DNA of 64,000 nucleotides from a virus (Duplodnaviria; Caudoviricetes): IMG/VR virus record IMGVR_UViG_3300042196_000418; one strand, 5' to 3'. Shown piece by piece: positions 48,020 to 58,845 of this stretch (position 1 is its first letter; each line of letters starts with the position of its first letter). The notes under the pieces were generated by a model. It saw only the letters and a program-made list of their open reading frames with translations, ran no database searches and was not told where the DNA came from. The position numbers and the translations under genes were made by a program.

Positions 48020-48682
48020 ATGAGCAAGCGCCGCAGGACCCGAGTGACCTCCGACAAGTCCGCTACCACCGACATCGTCACGCAGCTCGCATGCGCGATC
48101 CGCTATCCGCAGGCGACGCTGATCGGTGCCCTGGTCGGCGCTGTCGTTCCCTGGTTCGCGCGCACCCTGGCGCACGGGCAGCTGCCGGCCACCTGGTCCT
48201 CCGGTAACTCGGGACTCGCGATGGTCATGCTCGCGGTCGTGCTTGGCTGCGCGCTCTTCTCCGCGATCACGGTCTACAAGTTCGGTCGTGCCACGTTCAA
48301 TGACACCCGCAAAGCGCTCGGCTTTGTCCTCGCCATCGAAGGCGTCATGCTGGTGTCTACCGGTGCAACGAGCACGGTCGCCCTCGTCGTGCTGGTCCTG
48401 ATCAACGCACTCGCGAATGGATCGTCGATCGCACTTGCTCGCGAGGCCGCCTGCAAGAAGCACGAGGCTGCGGCGCGGGCTGCGGCGACACGCGCGCGCA
48501 AGAGCCGCGGCGGGCGGGCGAACGTGCCCGTCGAGAACCCGATCGCCGTTGATGAGGCGCCAGCGCCCTCGCGTCCGAGCCCGCGCCGTAGCCCGGTCGA
48601 AACGGCACCCCGTTGGAACCCGACCATGCAGGACGACGTCATCGACGCCGAGATTGTGTCCGAGCAGAGGCTCTTGGCGTAA
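48020..48682 (+). CDS. Multi-TM membrane protein
   Basis: Four hydrophobic segments; start MSKRR at 48020. Confidence 0.7.
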   Translation: MSKRRRTRVTSDKSATTDIVTQLACAIRYPQATLIGALVGAVVPWFARTLAHGQLPATWSSGNSGLAMVMLAVVLGCALFSAITVYKFGRATFNDTRKALGFVLAIEGVMLVSTGATSTVALVVLVLINALANGSSIALAREAACKKHEAAARAAATRARKSRGGRANVPVENPIAVDEAPAPSRPSPRRSPVETAPRWNPTMQDDVIDAEIVSEQRLLA

Positions 48683-48710
48683 CGTTCCCTCCCACGGAAT
48701 AGGATCTCCC

Positions 48711-48764
48711 ATGGCCAAGACTCCCGCACAACTCGATCACGCGTACGTTGGTGGAGGATCGTGA
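48711..48764 (+). pseudogene. 17-codon truncated tag remnant MAKTPAQLDH
   Basis: AGGA RBS + ATG; first 9 residues match the tag, then diverge. Confidence 0.5.
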
Positions 48765-48967
48765 GCACGCCCCGAGACGAAATGCTCGACGTCCTGGTCG
48801 CGGTCTCCGCCGAGATGGGAAGAGCGCGCACCCTGCTCGCGCAGGCCGAGCGTGCTCACGAAAACGCGCGCCGCAAGGCCGACACCTACCCGGCACTGCG
48901 GGAAGCACGCAAGAATCTGACGATGGCGGAAGCCAGCGTCGCTCGTACCAAGAAGCTGGTGCGCTGA
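48761..48967 (+). CDS. Small helical hypothetical protein
   Basis: GGAGG RBS, coupled. Confidence 0.6.
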   Translation: MSTPRDEMLDVLVAVSAEMGRARTLLAQAERAHENARRKADTYPALREARKNLTMAEASVARTKKLVR

Positions 48968-48968
48968 C

Positions 48969-49325
48969 ATGCGCAAGACTCCCGCCCAACTCGAACGCGA
49001 AATCGCCGAAGCACTTTCGCAGCCTGCCCCGGCGACTGCGGCTGCGCCGATCGCCAAGAGGGCATCCAAGACGATCCACATCGTCGGCCTAAAGGATGGC
49101 ATTCACACCGCGGGAACCGCGTTCTACCTGCGCAAGCTTCGCGCGCTGGGTGCAACGGTGAAGCTGGCCAAAACGGGACGGGTCACGATTCGTGACGCCT
49201 CGGGCAAGGTCACTGTCTACACCGTTACCTGGCCCCAGAATCGTGCAGAGGCCGATGCGCAGCTCGCGCGCAACCCAGACCCGGAGAGTCCGCTCTCCCG
49301 CGCCTACGCCGATCTCACCCGCTGA
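48969..49325 (+). CDS. Hypothetical protein with N-terminal tag
   Basis: MRKTPAQLEREIAEAL. Confidence 0.8.
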   Translation: MRKTPAQLEREIAEALSQPAPATAAAPIAKRASKTIHIVGLKDGIHTAGTAFYLRKLRALGATVKLAKTGRVTIRDASGKVTVYTVTWPQNRAEADAQLARNPDPESPLSRAYADLTR

Positions 49326-49335
49326 CCAATCGAGG

Positions 49336-49914
49336 ATGACCATGACCAAGACCCCCGCCCAGCTCGATCGCGAAATCGCCGAATCTCTCTCGCGTCCGAT
49401 CGGCGCGGCAGTCGAAGGCAAGCAGCCGCTTTACGGCCACACGAGCGAGGCCACGGCGTACGTCGTCGCTGATTACCCGTACGGGTTCACGAAAAGGACC
49501 CAGATCAGATATTGGCTCGAAGGTCCCAAGCCGAAGAAGGGCTGGCGCTTCGTCTCGCAGACCCTCAACCCCCAAACAGGCCGCTGGAACAAGCCCAAGA
49601 CGTCCACGTACACCGAGTGGGGCGGGGCAATGTTTCTCGACGACAAGGGGCACGTTCACTGGGACGGCGTTGGTGTGTACTCGGACGCGCAGAAGATCCT
49701 CGCGTTCGTCACGATGTTCCCTGGTGCAGACATGCGCGAGCTGCGGAAGGTGGTCCCAGCGAAGCTGAAGTTTCTGCGGGCCCTGCTCAGTGGCGAGGTC
49801 TTCATGACCGTCAACAAGGTTCGGCAGCCCAGGTCGGAGGCAGACGACGAGCGGACGCGTCGTGACCTGGAAGTCTGGGAAGAGATCAAAACCCTGGTCG
49901 ACCGCGCAGAATAA
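49336..49914 (+). CDS. Hypothetical phage-type protein with N-terminal tag
   Basis: MTKTPAQLDREIAESL; DYPYGF..WNKPKTSTY. Confidence 0.8.
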   Translation: MTMTKTPAQLDREIAESLSRPIGAAVEGKQPLYGHTSEATAYVVADYPYGFTKRTQIRYWLEGPKPKKGWRFVSQTLNPQTGRWNKPKTSTYTEWGGAMFLDDKGHVHWDGVGVYSDAQKILAFVTMFPGADMRELRKVVPAKLKFLRALLSGEVFMTVNKVRQPRSEADDERTRRDLEVWEEIKTLVDRAE

Positions 49915-49926
49915 CAAGTCTGTTCG

Positions 49927-50190
49927 GTGAACGGTGAACACGTGGATATCAGCCCAACAGAATGGCATCAGGGAGCGTTCGGCGATCCTTGTCGCAACGT
50001 GCTTTTGGGACACACCAAGCACGGAAGCTCGGTGTGGCTCTGGTCTGGATACGGAGTCGTGTGTCCTGATCAAGTGACGACGAATGGGAGTGCGTTTGTT
50101 CTCCTTCACTCTCATGGACGACCGATCAGCCTAACGCCACCTGGCGTCGCGTGGTTCATCGGGTGGTCTTTCTACATGCTTGGGCGTTAG
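49927..50190 (+). CDS. Hypothetical protein
   Basis: ORF position only. Confidence 0.35.
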   Translation: MNGEHVDISPTEWHQGAFGDPCRNVLLGHTKHGSSVWLWSGYGVVCPDQVTTNGSAFVLLHSHGRPISLTPPGVAWFIGWSFYMLGR

Positions 50191-50339
50191 GTCACGATGC
50201 GCGTACCAGAACACGTGCTCGCTATCGCACGCCGCATCTGCACCGGGCAGCTCGGCCGGAGGCTTCGCGCCCTGGACGACGGTAACTGACGGAACATTGC
50301 GGCCCGCGAACCCGGGCTGCATGATGCACGAAGGATCCC

Positions 50340-51101
50340 ATGCAACGCTCACGAAGCCCCCGATCGAAATCGCCCCGCCAGCTCGAACGCGAGATCGCCG
50401 AAGCTCTCCGCACACAATCGTCGCGGCGATCGGTGCCTGGGTACTCCAACTACGGTGGAGGCGGACCATTCGCACTGATGAGCGCGCCGTCGTCCCGGCC
50501 GAAGGCGCGCGTTGCTCCGCAGCGGAGTCACGCGACGAAAAGAGCCCCGACCCCTACCGCGGCGAAGGCAGCAGCGGCGGCGGCGAAGGCGCCACCTAGC
50601 GACAAGATCACCATCGACCAGCTCGCGAAGCTCTTCGGTCTTCCCGACTGGGACAGTGTCGACGAGAGGAACCAGCAGCACTATTGGGAAATGTCTCGGG
50701 GAGCGGAAGGCGAAGATGCCCAGATGGAGGCAGAGCGCGAGGCGCAGGAGGAAGTCTACCGCCAGTGGTACGACGCGGTTGAAAGTACCGCAGAGCATCT
50801 CCTGGGGGAGCACGGTCTGGAACTGCTTGCGATGAAGCACACGCGCAAGGTGAATCAAAACTATCGGCCGCACGTGTTGAAGATCATCCCGAGCTCAGGG
50901 TGGGACGACGCTGCCGACAAGATCCGCGAGACGATCAACGGCGTCGGAGACGTCCATTTCAACAGTCTGGGCGAGTTCCTCAAAGCAGAAGCCTCGACTG
51001 CCAAGCAAGCCGTTCTCTCACACCTGGGCTACGTCAAGCGGTACCCGGCTGTGTACGGCGGACTCGGAGCGAACCAGATGTACGAACAAGCCTGGCGGTA
51101 G
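50340..51101 (+). CDS. Hypothetical protein with N-terminal tag
   Basis: KSPRQLEREIAEAL; SHATKR. Confidence 0.8.
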   Translation: MQRSRSPRSKSPRQLEREIAEALRTQSSRRSVPGYSNYGGGGPFALMSAPSSRPKARVAPQRSHATKRAPTPTAAKAAAAAAKAPPSDKITIDQLAKLFGLPDWDSVDERNQQHYWEMSRGAEGEDAQMEAEREAQEEVYRQWYDAVESTAEHLLGEHGLELLAMKHTRKVNQNYRPHVLKIIPSSGWDDAADKIRETINGVGDVHFNSLGEFLKAEASTAKQAVLSHLGYVKRYPAVYGGLGANQMYEQAWR

Positions 51102-51174
51102 TCGAACCTTGCGCGTAAGTGCCACGCTCATTCGCGAAGGCACTTTTCTTGCGACCTACAGAGGAAGCCTCTAG

Positions 51175-51921
<747 letters not shown>

Positions 51922-51984
51922 GCCGCGAGCTGCAACTTCGGTCGACAACTTGACCGGCGACTGATCGCGCGTGATGCTCGGCAA

Positions 51985-52668
51985 ATGGCCACGAGCAAAC
52001 GACCGGCGCTTCGCAAGAACGATCGCGTGACGCTCGCCTCGCACAAGAGCGTGATTCCGCCGTACGACGGAAAGCCCTTCGTCCTCCGCGACACGGTGTT
52101 GACGGTATCGCACCTCACGGGCACCGGCTCGAAGCGCAATCCTTGGCACGTCGTTGTAACCGATGGCACGTACTTCTGGCATCTCGAACCCGACGATGTC
52201 ACTCCTCTGGAAAGCGAAGGTCCTATGGCGCACAGCACCAAGAAACGATCAGGTTCGCAGCGCGACCTCAACGAATGGCTCGATCGTCACGGCTATCGCC
52301 ACGCGCATGCACGCAAGGAGACGACGGCACACCCGTACGCTGTCTCCACGCGAATGTCCCACGCGCGCATGATCCACCAGGAGCCGACCGGTCGCGAGGT
52401 GTTCGCCGCGCACGAGCGCGATCACCACATCACGACCTCGGGTCGTCGTGCGCTCGGCGAAGGCAAATTCGCCCTGCCACCGGGTCCCGAAGAGAAGCGC
52501 CGTGGGATCAAGGGCCGGCTCCCGATCGACACGCTCGCACGAGCGCGCAACGCCCTCGCACGCGCGGCCCAGATGAAGAAGAGCGGTCACCTCAGTGCGG
52601 CGCAGCTCGCCACTGTGCGCCGCAAAATCCACGCGGCATGGCCGTCGATCGAGATCGAACCTACGTGA
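51985..52668 (+). CDS. Hypothetical protein with DUF6582-like C-terminal domain
   Basis: FALP..LPIDTLARARNALARAAQ..VRRKI; HSTKK/HARK motifs. Confidence 0.6.
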   Translation: MATSKRPALRKNDRVTLASHKSVIPPYDGKPFVLRDTVLTVSHLTGTGSKRNPWHVVVTDGTYFWHLEPDDVTPLESEGPMAHSTKKRSGSQRDLNEWLDRHGYRHAHARKETTAHPYAVSTRMSHARMIHQEPTGREVFAAHERDHHITTSGRRALGEGKFALPPGPEEKRRGIKGRLPIDTLARARNALARAAQMKKSGHLSAAQLATVRRKIHAAWPSIEIEPT

Positions 52669-52741
52669 TCGAAACACTGACCGACGCCGTGCGCGTCCAC
52701 AATTTCGCACTCGAAGCGAACGTCCGTTAGAATGTCGTTAG

Positions 52742-53026
52742 GTGAGTGAGAGCAGTCCCAAAGGTCCCAGAGATCCCAGAGCGCCGCACGAGGTCCCACG
52801 CCCCACGGTGCGCTTCGATCCCATGGAGCTCAAGCCCACATGGCCCATCGTCATCGCTTCGCTGGAGCAACTCTCGGACTGGGCCGTGCTCGCGTTGCGC
52901 CTTGGCACCCTCGCGCTTGTCCAGTCGTGCGTGCGTGAGCTAGCGCAGCAAGACGCCCGCGCCGACGTCGTGGTGCGCCTACGCGAGCTGGTAGATGCTC
53001 TCGCCCTCATGCCCTACGAATCATAG
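52742..53026 (+). CDS. Hypothetical protein
   Basis: ORF only. Confidence 0.4.
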   Translation: MSESSPKGPRDPRAPHEVPRPTVRFDPMELKPTWPIVIASLEQLSDWAVLALRLGTLALVQSCVRELAQQDARADVVVRLRELVDALALMPYES

Positions 53027-53152
53027 GACCCGTTTTCAGCGACGAAGCGCTCGATCCATGGGCACCCGTGCTCGAGCGCACAGGCCGATCATAGCGCTTG
53101 CGCACATGCCCCTGGAGACGTGACGGCACGGATACCGTACAAGGAGGGCACC

Positions 53153-53326
53153 ATGAAGTTCGAGGTCTACAAGGACAAGGCTGGTGAGTACCGCTGGCGA
53201 TTGCTAGCGTCCAACGGGCAGTTGACCGCCGACTCCGGCGAAAGCTACTCGCGGCGTGAAGATGCGCACCGCGCCATCACGACGCTGCTCGCAGCCATCA
53301 ACGATGTCGTGATCGTCGACGCTTAG
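53153..53326 (+). CDS. YegP/DUF1508-family protein
   Basis: FEVYKDKAGEYRWRLLASNGQLTADSGESY; AAGGAGG RBS. Confidence 0.85.
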   Translation: MKFEVYKDKAGEYRWRLLASNGQLTADSGESYSRREDAHRAITTLLAAINDVVIVDA

Positions 53327-53406
53327 GATCACTCGGTCGCCGCAGGAGGAGATCTCGCCTGACCGATCGCGGCGCGCGCAGACAAGGGACCGTGTAGGCT
53401 CCCGGC

Positions 53407-54006
53407 ATGAAGCCGTCCCTGGACACGAACGTTCCCAGCCTCGACATTCCTGTGGAGATGCGTGACCGCGCGCTCAAACAGACCGCCGAGGTCCTGCGCA
53501 AGATCGACGAGGTTCGCAGACAGCTGGAGCTGCCCGTCGAGCAGCTGCCGATCGTGATCGAGACCTACAACAAGGCCGTGATCACCCTGATCACCGAGGA
53601 AGAGAAGAAAAGGATCGACGCGCTCCCCGAGCGCGTCGACTTGCGCTTGCCGCTCACGATCCGATCAGAGACCCGCGACTACAAACCGATGTACTGCCTG
53701 CCCAGCATGCTGGTCGAGGTGTTCGCACGTCCGCACGCACACGCGTTCCGTCCCGAGGACCTCGCGATCCACGGCAACCGATCGCACTGGCTGGTTCATG
53801 ACCTCAAGGTCGGCCACAGATCGCAGTTCAAGAACCAGCGAGGTCCAGCGCCTGGCACTGAGTTCGGTCCCGGTGGGATCTGCGAGCACCTGCGACTCGA
53901 AACGTGCCACCCGGGGATGGACCTCATGCTCATCGTCTCGTACATCGGCCCCGAAGAAGCCGGCGAAGTCTTCGAGGCGACGATGGTTGGAGTCACGACC
54001 GCGTAG
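53407..54006 (+). CDS. Diverged single shell-domain protein with helical N-terminus
   Basis: FRPEDLAI..WLVHDLKVGHRSQF..DLMLIVSYIG..FEATMVG. Confidence 0.8.
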   Translation: MKPSLDTNVPSLDIPVEMRDRALKQTAEVLRKIDEVRRQLELPVEQLPIVIETYNKAVITLITEEEKKRIDALPERVDLRLPLTIRSETRDYKPMYCLPSMLVEVFARPHAHAFRPEDLAIHGNRSHWLVHDLKVGHRSQFKNQRGPAPGTEFGPGGICEHLRLETCHPGMDLMLIVSYIGPEEAGEVFEATMVGVTTA

Positions 54007-54018
54007 TAACCTCACAGC

Positions 54019-54510
54019 GTGCTGCTTTATCTCCGGCACGGTGACGACCGTGGCGATGACGTGTACCGACACGATCGTCATCTGACCGACCGCGGGAAGA
54101 AGAAGGCAGGGAAGGCGTTCGACGGCCTGGCAGCGAAGTACGGACACCCCAACACCATATTCGTGTCCCCGTTCCGGCGGGCGGTACAGACCCTCGAGGC
54201 CCTCGCCACGCAGTTCAAACGCCCCGTGTCCGTCCACTGCGATCCCCGCATTGGCCAGTACCTCGGAGAGAAGCGGGAGCCTCGCGTCAGCCCCGAAACC
54301 CTGGCCTTCATCGTGGTCGCTGAAACGAGAGCCACCTTTCGAGCGCGGGTGCTCGACCACGTCGAAGACGTCCGGCGCCGCGTGCAGACGGGCGCGGCCG
54401 TGATCTGGTGCATCACGCACCAGATCGTGATCGAAGAGGCCGCCGAATACTTCGACGTGAAGATCCCAAGAGACATCGACTTTCTCGATCACGTCGTCAT
54501 GCTCGGCTAG
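54019..54510 (+). CDS. Histidine phosphatase (SixA/PGM-like)
   Basis: LRHG, LTDRG, SPFRRAVQT, ITH. Confidence 0.85.
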   Translation: MLLYLRHGDDRGDDVYRHDRHLTDRGKKKAGKAFDGLAAKYGHPNTIFVSPFRRAVQTLEALATQFKRPVSVHCDPRIGQYLGEKREPRVSPETLAFIVVAETRATFRARVLDHVEDVRRRVQTGAAVIWCITHQIVIEEAAEYFDVKIPRDIDFLDHVVMLG

Positions 54511-54520
54511 CATCGCCCAC

Positions 54521-55564
54521 ATGAGACACGCGGTCATCCTGGCGGGCGGAACGGGCACTCGGCTTTGGCCCGCGAGCCGACGCGCTTTTCCCAAGCAGCT
54601 ACTCGCGCTCGCACGAGACAATGAGCCCATGCTGGCTGCTGCCGTTGCGCTCGCACGCGAGGTCTGTGATCGAGTCCTCGTCGTGACCGCCGAGTCTCAG
54701 GTAGATGCCACGCTCGCTGCCGTGCCCAACATCGAGCTGATCACCGAGCCGATGGGCCGCAATACCGCCGCAGCGATTGGCCTCGCCGGAGCAACGATCG
54801 CCGATCGGGATCCACACGCGACCATCGCAATCCTGCCCGCTGACCAGCACGTACGAGACCGCGAGGGCATGGCAGCCGCACTCGACGCGTGCCTCTCGGC
54901 AGCCGAGCGAACCGACGCGATCGCACTCGTCGGAATCCCGCCGACACGGCCCGAGACGGGCTTCGGTTATCTAGAGATGGCCGCTGGGCCGTCCGACGGC
55001 GTGCGCGCGGTTCTACGCTTCGTCGAAAAGCCTGACCGGCCGACTGCCGAGCAGTATGTGGCGAGCGGGCGCCACCTGTGGAACGCGGGAATCTTCTGCC
55101 TCTCCGCGAAGCGCTTGCTCGCAGAGCTCGACGTGCACCTGCCCCAGACCGCGGCCACCGTTCGCCAGATCGTGCGCGACAATGGTCTCGTACTCGATCC
55201 GCGTGGCCTCTACGGCGCGCTGCCGTCGATCTCGTTCGACCACGGCGTTATGGAACGGACTAATCGCGTGGTCGCCGTACTCGCGGCGGTCGGCTGGAAC
55301 GACGTCGGATCGTGGTCTGCTCTCCCCGAGGTCCGCGGTGCGAACGCCGACGGCAATACCGTCATCGGAAAAGCGCTCGTGATCGACGGCACCGGAAACG
55401 TCATCCTCTCCGACGACGACACTCTGATCGCGACGATCGGCGTGTCCGACCTGGTCGTCATCAAGAGCGGCGACGCTATCCTGGTCGTCAAGAAGGACCA
55501 GGCCCAGCGTGTGCGCGAAATCGTAGAATCCCTCAGTGCAAAAGGGCTAACGAGATATCTATGA
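54521..55564 (+). CDS. manC: Mannose-1-phosphate guanylyltransferase
   Basis: ILAGGTGTRLWPASR..PKQLL, EPMGRNTA, PETGFGY, FVEKP, WNAGIF, WNDVGSW. Confidence 0.93.
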   Translation: MRHAVILAGGTGTRLWPASRRAFPKQLLALARDNEPMLAAAVALAREVCDRVLVVTAESQVDATLAAVPNIELITEPMGRNTAAAIGLAGATIADRDPHATIAILPADQHVRDREGMAAALDACLSAAERTDAIALVGIPPTRPETGFGYLEMAAGPSDGVRAVLRFVEKPDRPTAEQYVASGRHLWNAGIFCLSAKRLLAELDVHLPQTAATVRQIVRDNGLVLDPRGLYGALPSISFDHGVMERTNRVVAVLAAVGWNDVGSWSALPEVRGANADGNTVIGKALVIDGTGNVILSDDDTLIATIGVSDLVVIKSGDAILVVKKDQAQRVREIVESLSAKGLTRYL

Positions 55565-55815
55565 GCTGCACGAACAATGCGACGAAGAAAGCCGCCGTCA
55601 TTGCGGAAGAGATGCGGCTCAACGAAAAACACGACGGCATGGACGAGCTGTACCGCCGCGGATGTTTTCGCCACCTGGAAGACGTTTCCTACGCGCGCAT
55701 CATGCTTGAACGCGGACAATCCGTAGACGAAGTCGCCAAGGACCTGGACTCCGCCTACGAAGGACCAAACGCTGTCGTTCACCACCGCTGTGATCGCGTC
55801 TATCCGCCGTCCTGA
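55561..55815 (+). CDS. Hypothetical protein
   Basis: ATGA coupling to manC. Confidence 0.5.
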   Translation: MSCTNNATKKAAVIAEEMRLNEKHDGMDELYRRGCFRHLEDVSYARIMLERGQSVDEVAKDLDSAYEGPNAVVHHRCDRVYPPS

Positions 55816-55834
55816 AGTGCTATAGACTCAGATC

Positions 55835-56140
55835 ATGCGACGGCCCAAGCGCAGCACTCAGCTGGATCGCGACATCGCCCAGGCGATCTCCAGGAAACGA
55901 AAACGGCGGTCCTATCACGCGACGATCCGCGAGTGCGCGACCTGGGCACCTGACGTGACCGTCGAGCAGCTCACCGAAGCGAAGCGCCAGTCGGCCGCGG
56001 AGTTCGAGCGCTGCTACCTCGTAAACCTGATGCAGCGTGCAGGATCGGTCTCCGAGGCCGCTCGGCTGGCCGGCCTCGATCGCACCAACTTCCGTCGCCT
56101 CCTGCATCGTCACGGCCTGAAGAGCGGCGAGCGCAGCTAA
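55835..56140 (+). CDS. Tagged Fis-type HTH protein
   Basis: STQLDRDIAQAI tag; FERCYL..GSVSEAARLAGLDRTNFRRLL. Confidence 0.8.
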   Translation: MRRPKRSTQLDRDIAQAISRKRKRRSYHATIRECATWAPDVTVEQLTEAKRQSAAEFERCYLVNLMQRAGSVSEAARLAGLDRTNFRRLLHRHGLKSGERS

Positions 56141-56144
56141 CCGC

Positions 56145-56456
56145 GTGAGCGGCCGGCGGTTGTTTCGACGCATCGCAGACGACAACGACGTTCCCACCGA
56201 GCCGGGCACGTACCGACGAGTGCATGACTACTGGGCCGAGTACTGCGCGAAGAAGGATTGCCCGAACACGTACTGGGCAGAAATCTGTTGCCCAGGCTGC
56301 CACAAGGTAGCGTTGGTCGGCAGGAACCACACCGTCGCATCCGACGGCACGGTGCACCCAAGCGACGTCTGCCCGTTCCCGCCGTGCGGTTTTCACGAGT
56401 TCATCTTCCTAGAAGGCTGGGCGAGACCTTCGACGCCCAGACGATCACCGCTGTGA
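56145..56456 (+). CDS. Small Cys/His zinc-binding protein
   Basis: CPGC..H..CP..CGFH. Confidence 0.6.
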   Translation: MSGRRLFRRIADDNDVPTEPGTYRRVHDYWAEYCAKKDCPNTYWAEICCPGCHKVALVGRNHTVASDGTVHPSDVCPFPPCGFHEFIFLEGWARPSTPRRSPL

Positions 56457-56469
56457 GAAGATCCGCTGG

Positions 56470-57816
56470 ATGAATCTCCGCATGTTCCGAGAGTACGACA
56501 TCCGCGGCGTCGCCGACAGCGACCTACCTAACGACGTCGTACGCGCGATCGGTGTCGCCATTAGCGAGGCCGCTGGATCAGGACCCGTCGTCGTCGGTCG
56601 AGACTGCCGCCTTAGCTCTCCACGCATTTTCGACGCTCTCACCGACGGCATCCGCGTGATGGCAGATGTCATCGACATCGGGATCGTTCCGACACCCGTC
56701 GCCTACTTCGCCCAGCAGCACCTCTTGCCGGCCGCCACGGTGATGATCACCGGCAGCCACAACCCGGCCGAGGACAACGGCCTCAAGATCATGGTCGGTG
56801 CTGACACGCTGCATGGACCCGCGATCACCGCGATCGGTCGTCGGACCGCCGAACTGCTCGCACACCCCACGCGTCAGCCGTGGTGGACGATCTCCACCCG
56901 CAGCGTCAGCGAGGCGTACATCGAGCGTGCGGTCGCCGAGCTGCGGCTGGGAGCGCGCCGTCCCAAGGTTGTCGTCGACGCCGGCAACGGAGCTGGTGGT
57001 CCGACGGCGGTCGCGCTCTACACCGAGCTCGGCTTCAACGTCGAGCCACTCTACTGCACGTTCGATGGACGCTTCCCGCACCACCATCCTGATCCGACGC
57101 AGCCCGAGAACCTGTTCGAGCTGATCGAAGCCGTGCGGATCACCGGTGCAGAGATCGGCATCGCACTTGACGGCGACGCCGATCGCATTGGTGCCGTCAC
57201 CTCCACGGGGCAAATCTTGTGGGGCGACCAGCTCATGGTGCTACTCGGCCGCGCTGTGCTTGACGAGGTACCCGACGCGAAGTTCGTCGCAGAGGTGAAG
57301 TGCAGCCAGTCGCTGTACGATGCGTTGCCGACCTGCGAGATGTGGAAGGTCGGCCACTCGCTCATCAAGGAGCGCATGCGCGAGACCGGGGCACAACTCG
57401 CGGGCGAGATGTCCGGGCACCTCTTCTTCGCGCATCGCTGGCTCGGCTTCGATGACGGGATCTACGCCGGAGCGCGCCTCCTCGAGCTGCTGTCTCGCAG
57501 CGAACGCAGCCTCGCCGATCTGGCAGCCGATCTGCCGAAGGCAATCAACACGCCCGAGATTCGCGTCGACTGCCCAGACGAGCTGAAGTTCGACGTCGTC
57601 GCACGCGTCACCGAAAGTCTGTGCCGCGATCCAGCCGTACAGGTTGTCGTCACGATCGACGGCGTGCGGGCAACGTTCACCGACGGTTGGGGCTTGGTAC
57701 GCGCATCAAACACGCAGGCCGCACTCGTCGTGCGCTGCGAGGCGCGCAGTCGGCAAGTACTTGACGAGATCCAGAAGACGATCGAGTTACACATCACGAA
57801 CGCGCGCTCACGGTAG
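56470..57816 (+). CDS. Phosphomannomutase/phosphoglucomutase (AlgC/ManB type)
   Basis: FREYDIRG, TGSHNP, DGDADR, GEMSGH, VRASNT. Confidence 0.93.
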   Translation: MNLRMFREYDIRGVADSDLPNDVVRAIGVAISEAAGSGPVVVGRDCRLSSPRIFDALTDGIRVMADVIDIGIVPTPVAYFAQQHLLPAATVMITGSHNPAEDNGLKIMVGADTLHGPAITAIGRRTAELLAHPTRQPWWTISTRSVSEAYIERAVAELRLGARRPKVVVDAGNGAGGPTAVALYTELGFNVEPLYCTFDGRFPHHHPDPTQPENLFELIEAVRITGAEIGIALDGDADRIGAVTSTGQILWGDQLMVLLGRAVLDEVPDAKFVAEVKCSQSLYDALPTCEMWKVGHSLIKERMRETGAQLAGEMSGHLFFAHRWLGFDDGIYAGARLLELLSRSERSLADLAADLPKAINTPEIRVDCPDELKFDVVARVTESLCRDPAVQVVVTIDGVRATFTDGWGLVRASNTQAALVVRCEARSRQVLDEIQKTIELHITNARSR

Positions 57817-58686
57817 AATACCCGGCACGCCTCGAAAGAAGAGCCCCGCGCAGCTCGATCGCGAAATCGCCGCAGCGCTGACCCGCTCAGGACTCAGGAC
57901 AACACAGCACGCGTGCAGAACCGAAGATCAGCTTTCCAAAGCTGCACGTGCGGCGGGTCTACCCATCGCGCGTCGACGAGGGGTACGGCGGTACGAGGCG
58001 TGGATGCGCGCCTCCGCCCTGCCGAAGCGGTAGCACGCGCGACGTGCGACCTCATGGCACGCGGCCGAGCTGTGCGGGATCTTTCTTGACCGTCAAACAC
58101 CCTCACGCGAAACTGAGGTCGTGCCACGAGCCACGAATTTTGTGCGGGAATTCAAGGGGGCGCGGGGATTCAAGGACGGCTGGTACTACCGGTTGACAGA
58201 CGGATATTCCTGGATCGGACCATTCGTGACAGAACACATTGCTGGTCATGCGAGAGCGCATGTGACCAGTAACGCCGGATCTGAACCGCAATGGCTCAAG
58301 ATCTCCACGTCCGTCGCCCTTGGTCCTCTCTTCCTGAGACCTCCCCGCAGCGCCCCTGCATTCAAGATGCCTGCGACAAGCCGCAACACGGTCCCGGCCG
58401 CATTACCGCTTCAATCAAACGGCTACCAAGCGCGACCACGATTCGCGCTGTCCGCCCGTCAAGAAGCCCCCGCAACGCGAGATGAAAGCGCTGCTCCAGA
58501 AGCGGTCATGGTCCCGCGTCGGCGCGGTTCACGAACAGCCTGACGCTGATCCAGCAACGACAGGTCGACTAGCGCAGATCAGCTGTCGGTCGCAAATTTT
58601 CGAACACGGTCGTCGCTGCGAACGTCGTCGAAAAAACTGAATGCAAAAAATTCGACCTCTGCGATCGCGGTCGATAGACTGTTTCT

Positions 58687-58845
58687 ATGTCGTGTTGCAA
58701 ATCGTCCAAGCATGCCAAGGTTTCCTGTAACAAGAAGTGCAAGCGCCGGTGCCCCAAGATCCGCCGCTGCAAGTTCAAGCAGGCCAAGTGGACCTGTCCG
58801 TGGAGCATCTGCGCCGGGCAGAACGCGCTGACCTGCTGCCGCTGA
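58687..58845 (+). CDS. 52-aa cationic Cys-rich microprotein (10 Cys)
   Basis: Hand translation MSCCKSSKHAKVSCNKKCKRRCPKIRRCKFKQAKWTCPWSICAGQNALTCCR; below ORF-track cutoff. Confidence 0.65.
   Translation: MSCCKSSKHAKVSCNKKCKRRCPKIRRCKFKQAKWTCPWSICAGQNALTCCR

Noticed and set aside
51940-51970. Non-coding stretch translating as GRQLDRRLIA, and LTPQELDEQV in 5208-5522, as further tag copies
   Set aside because: Too degenerate to separate from chance by eye
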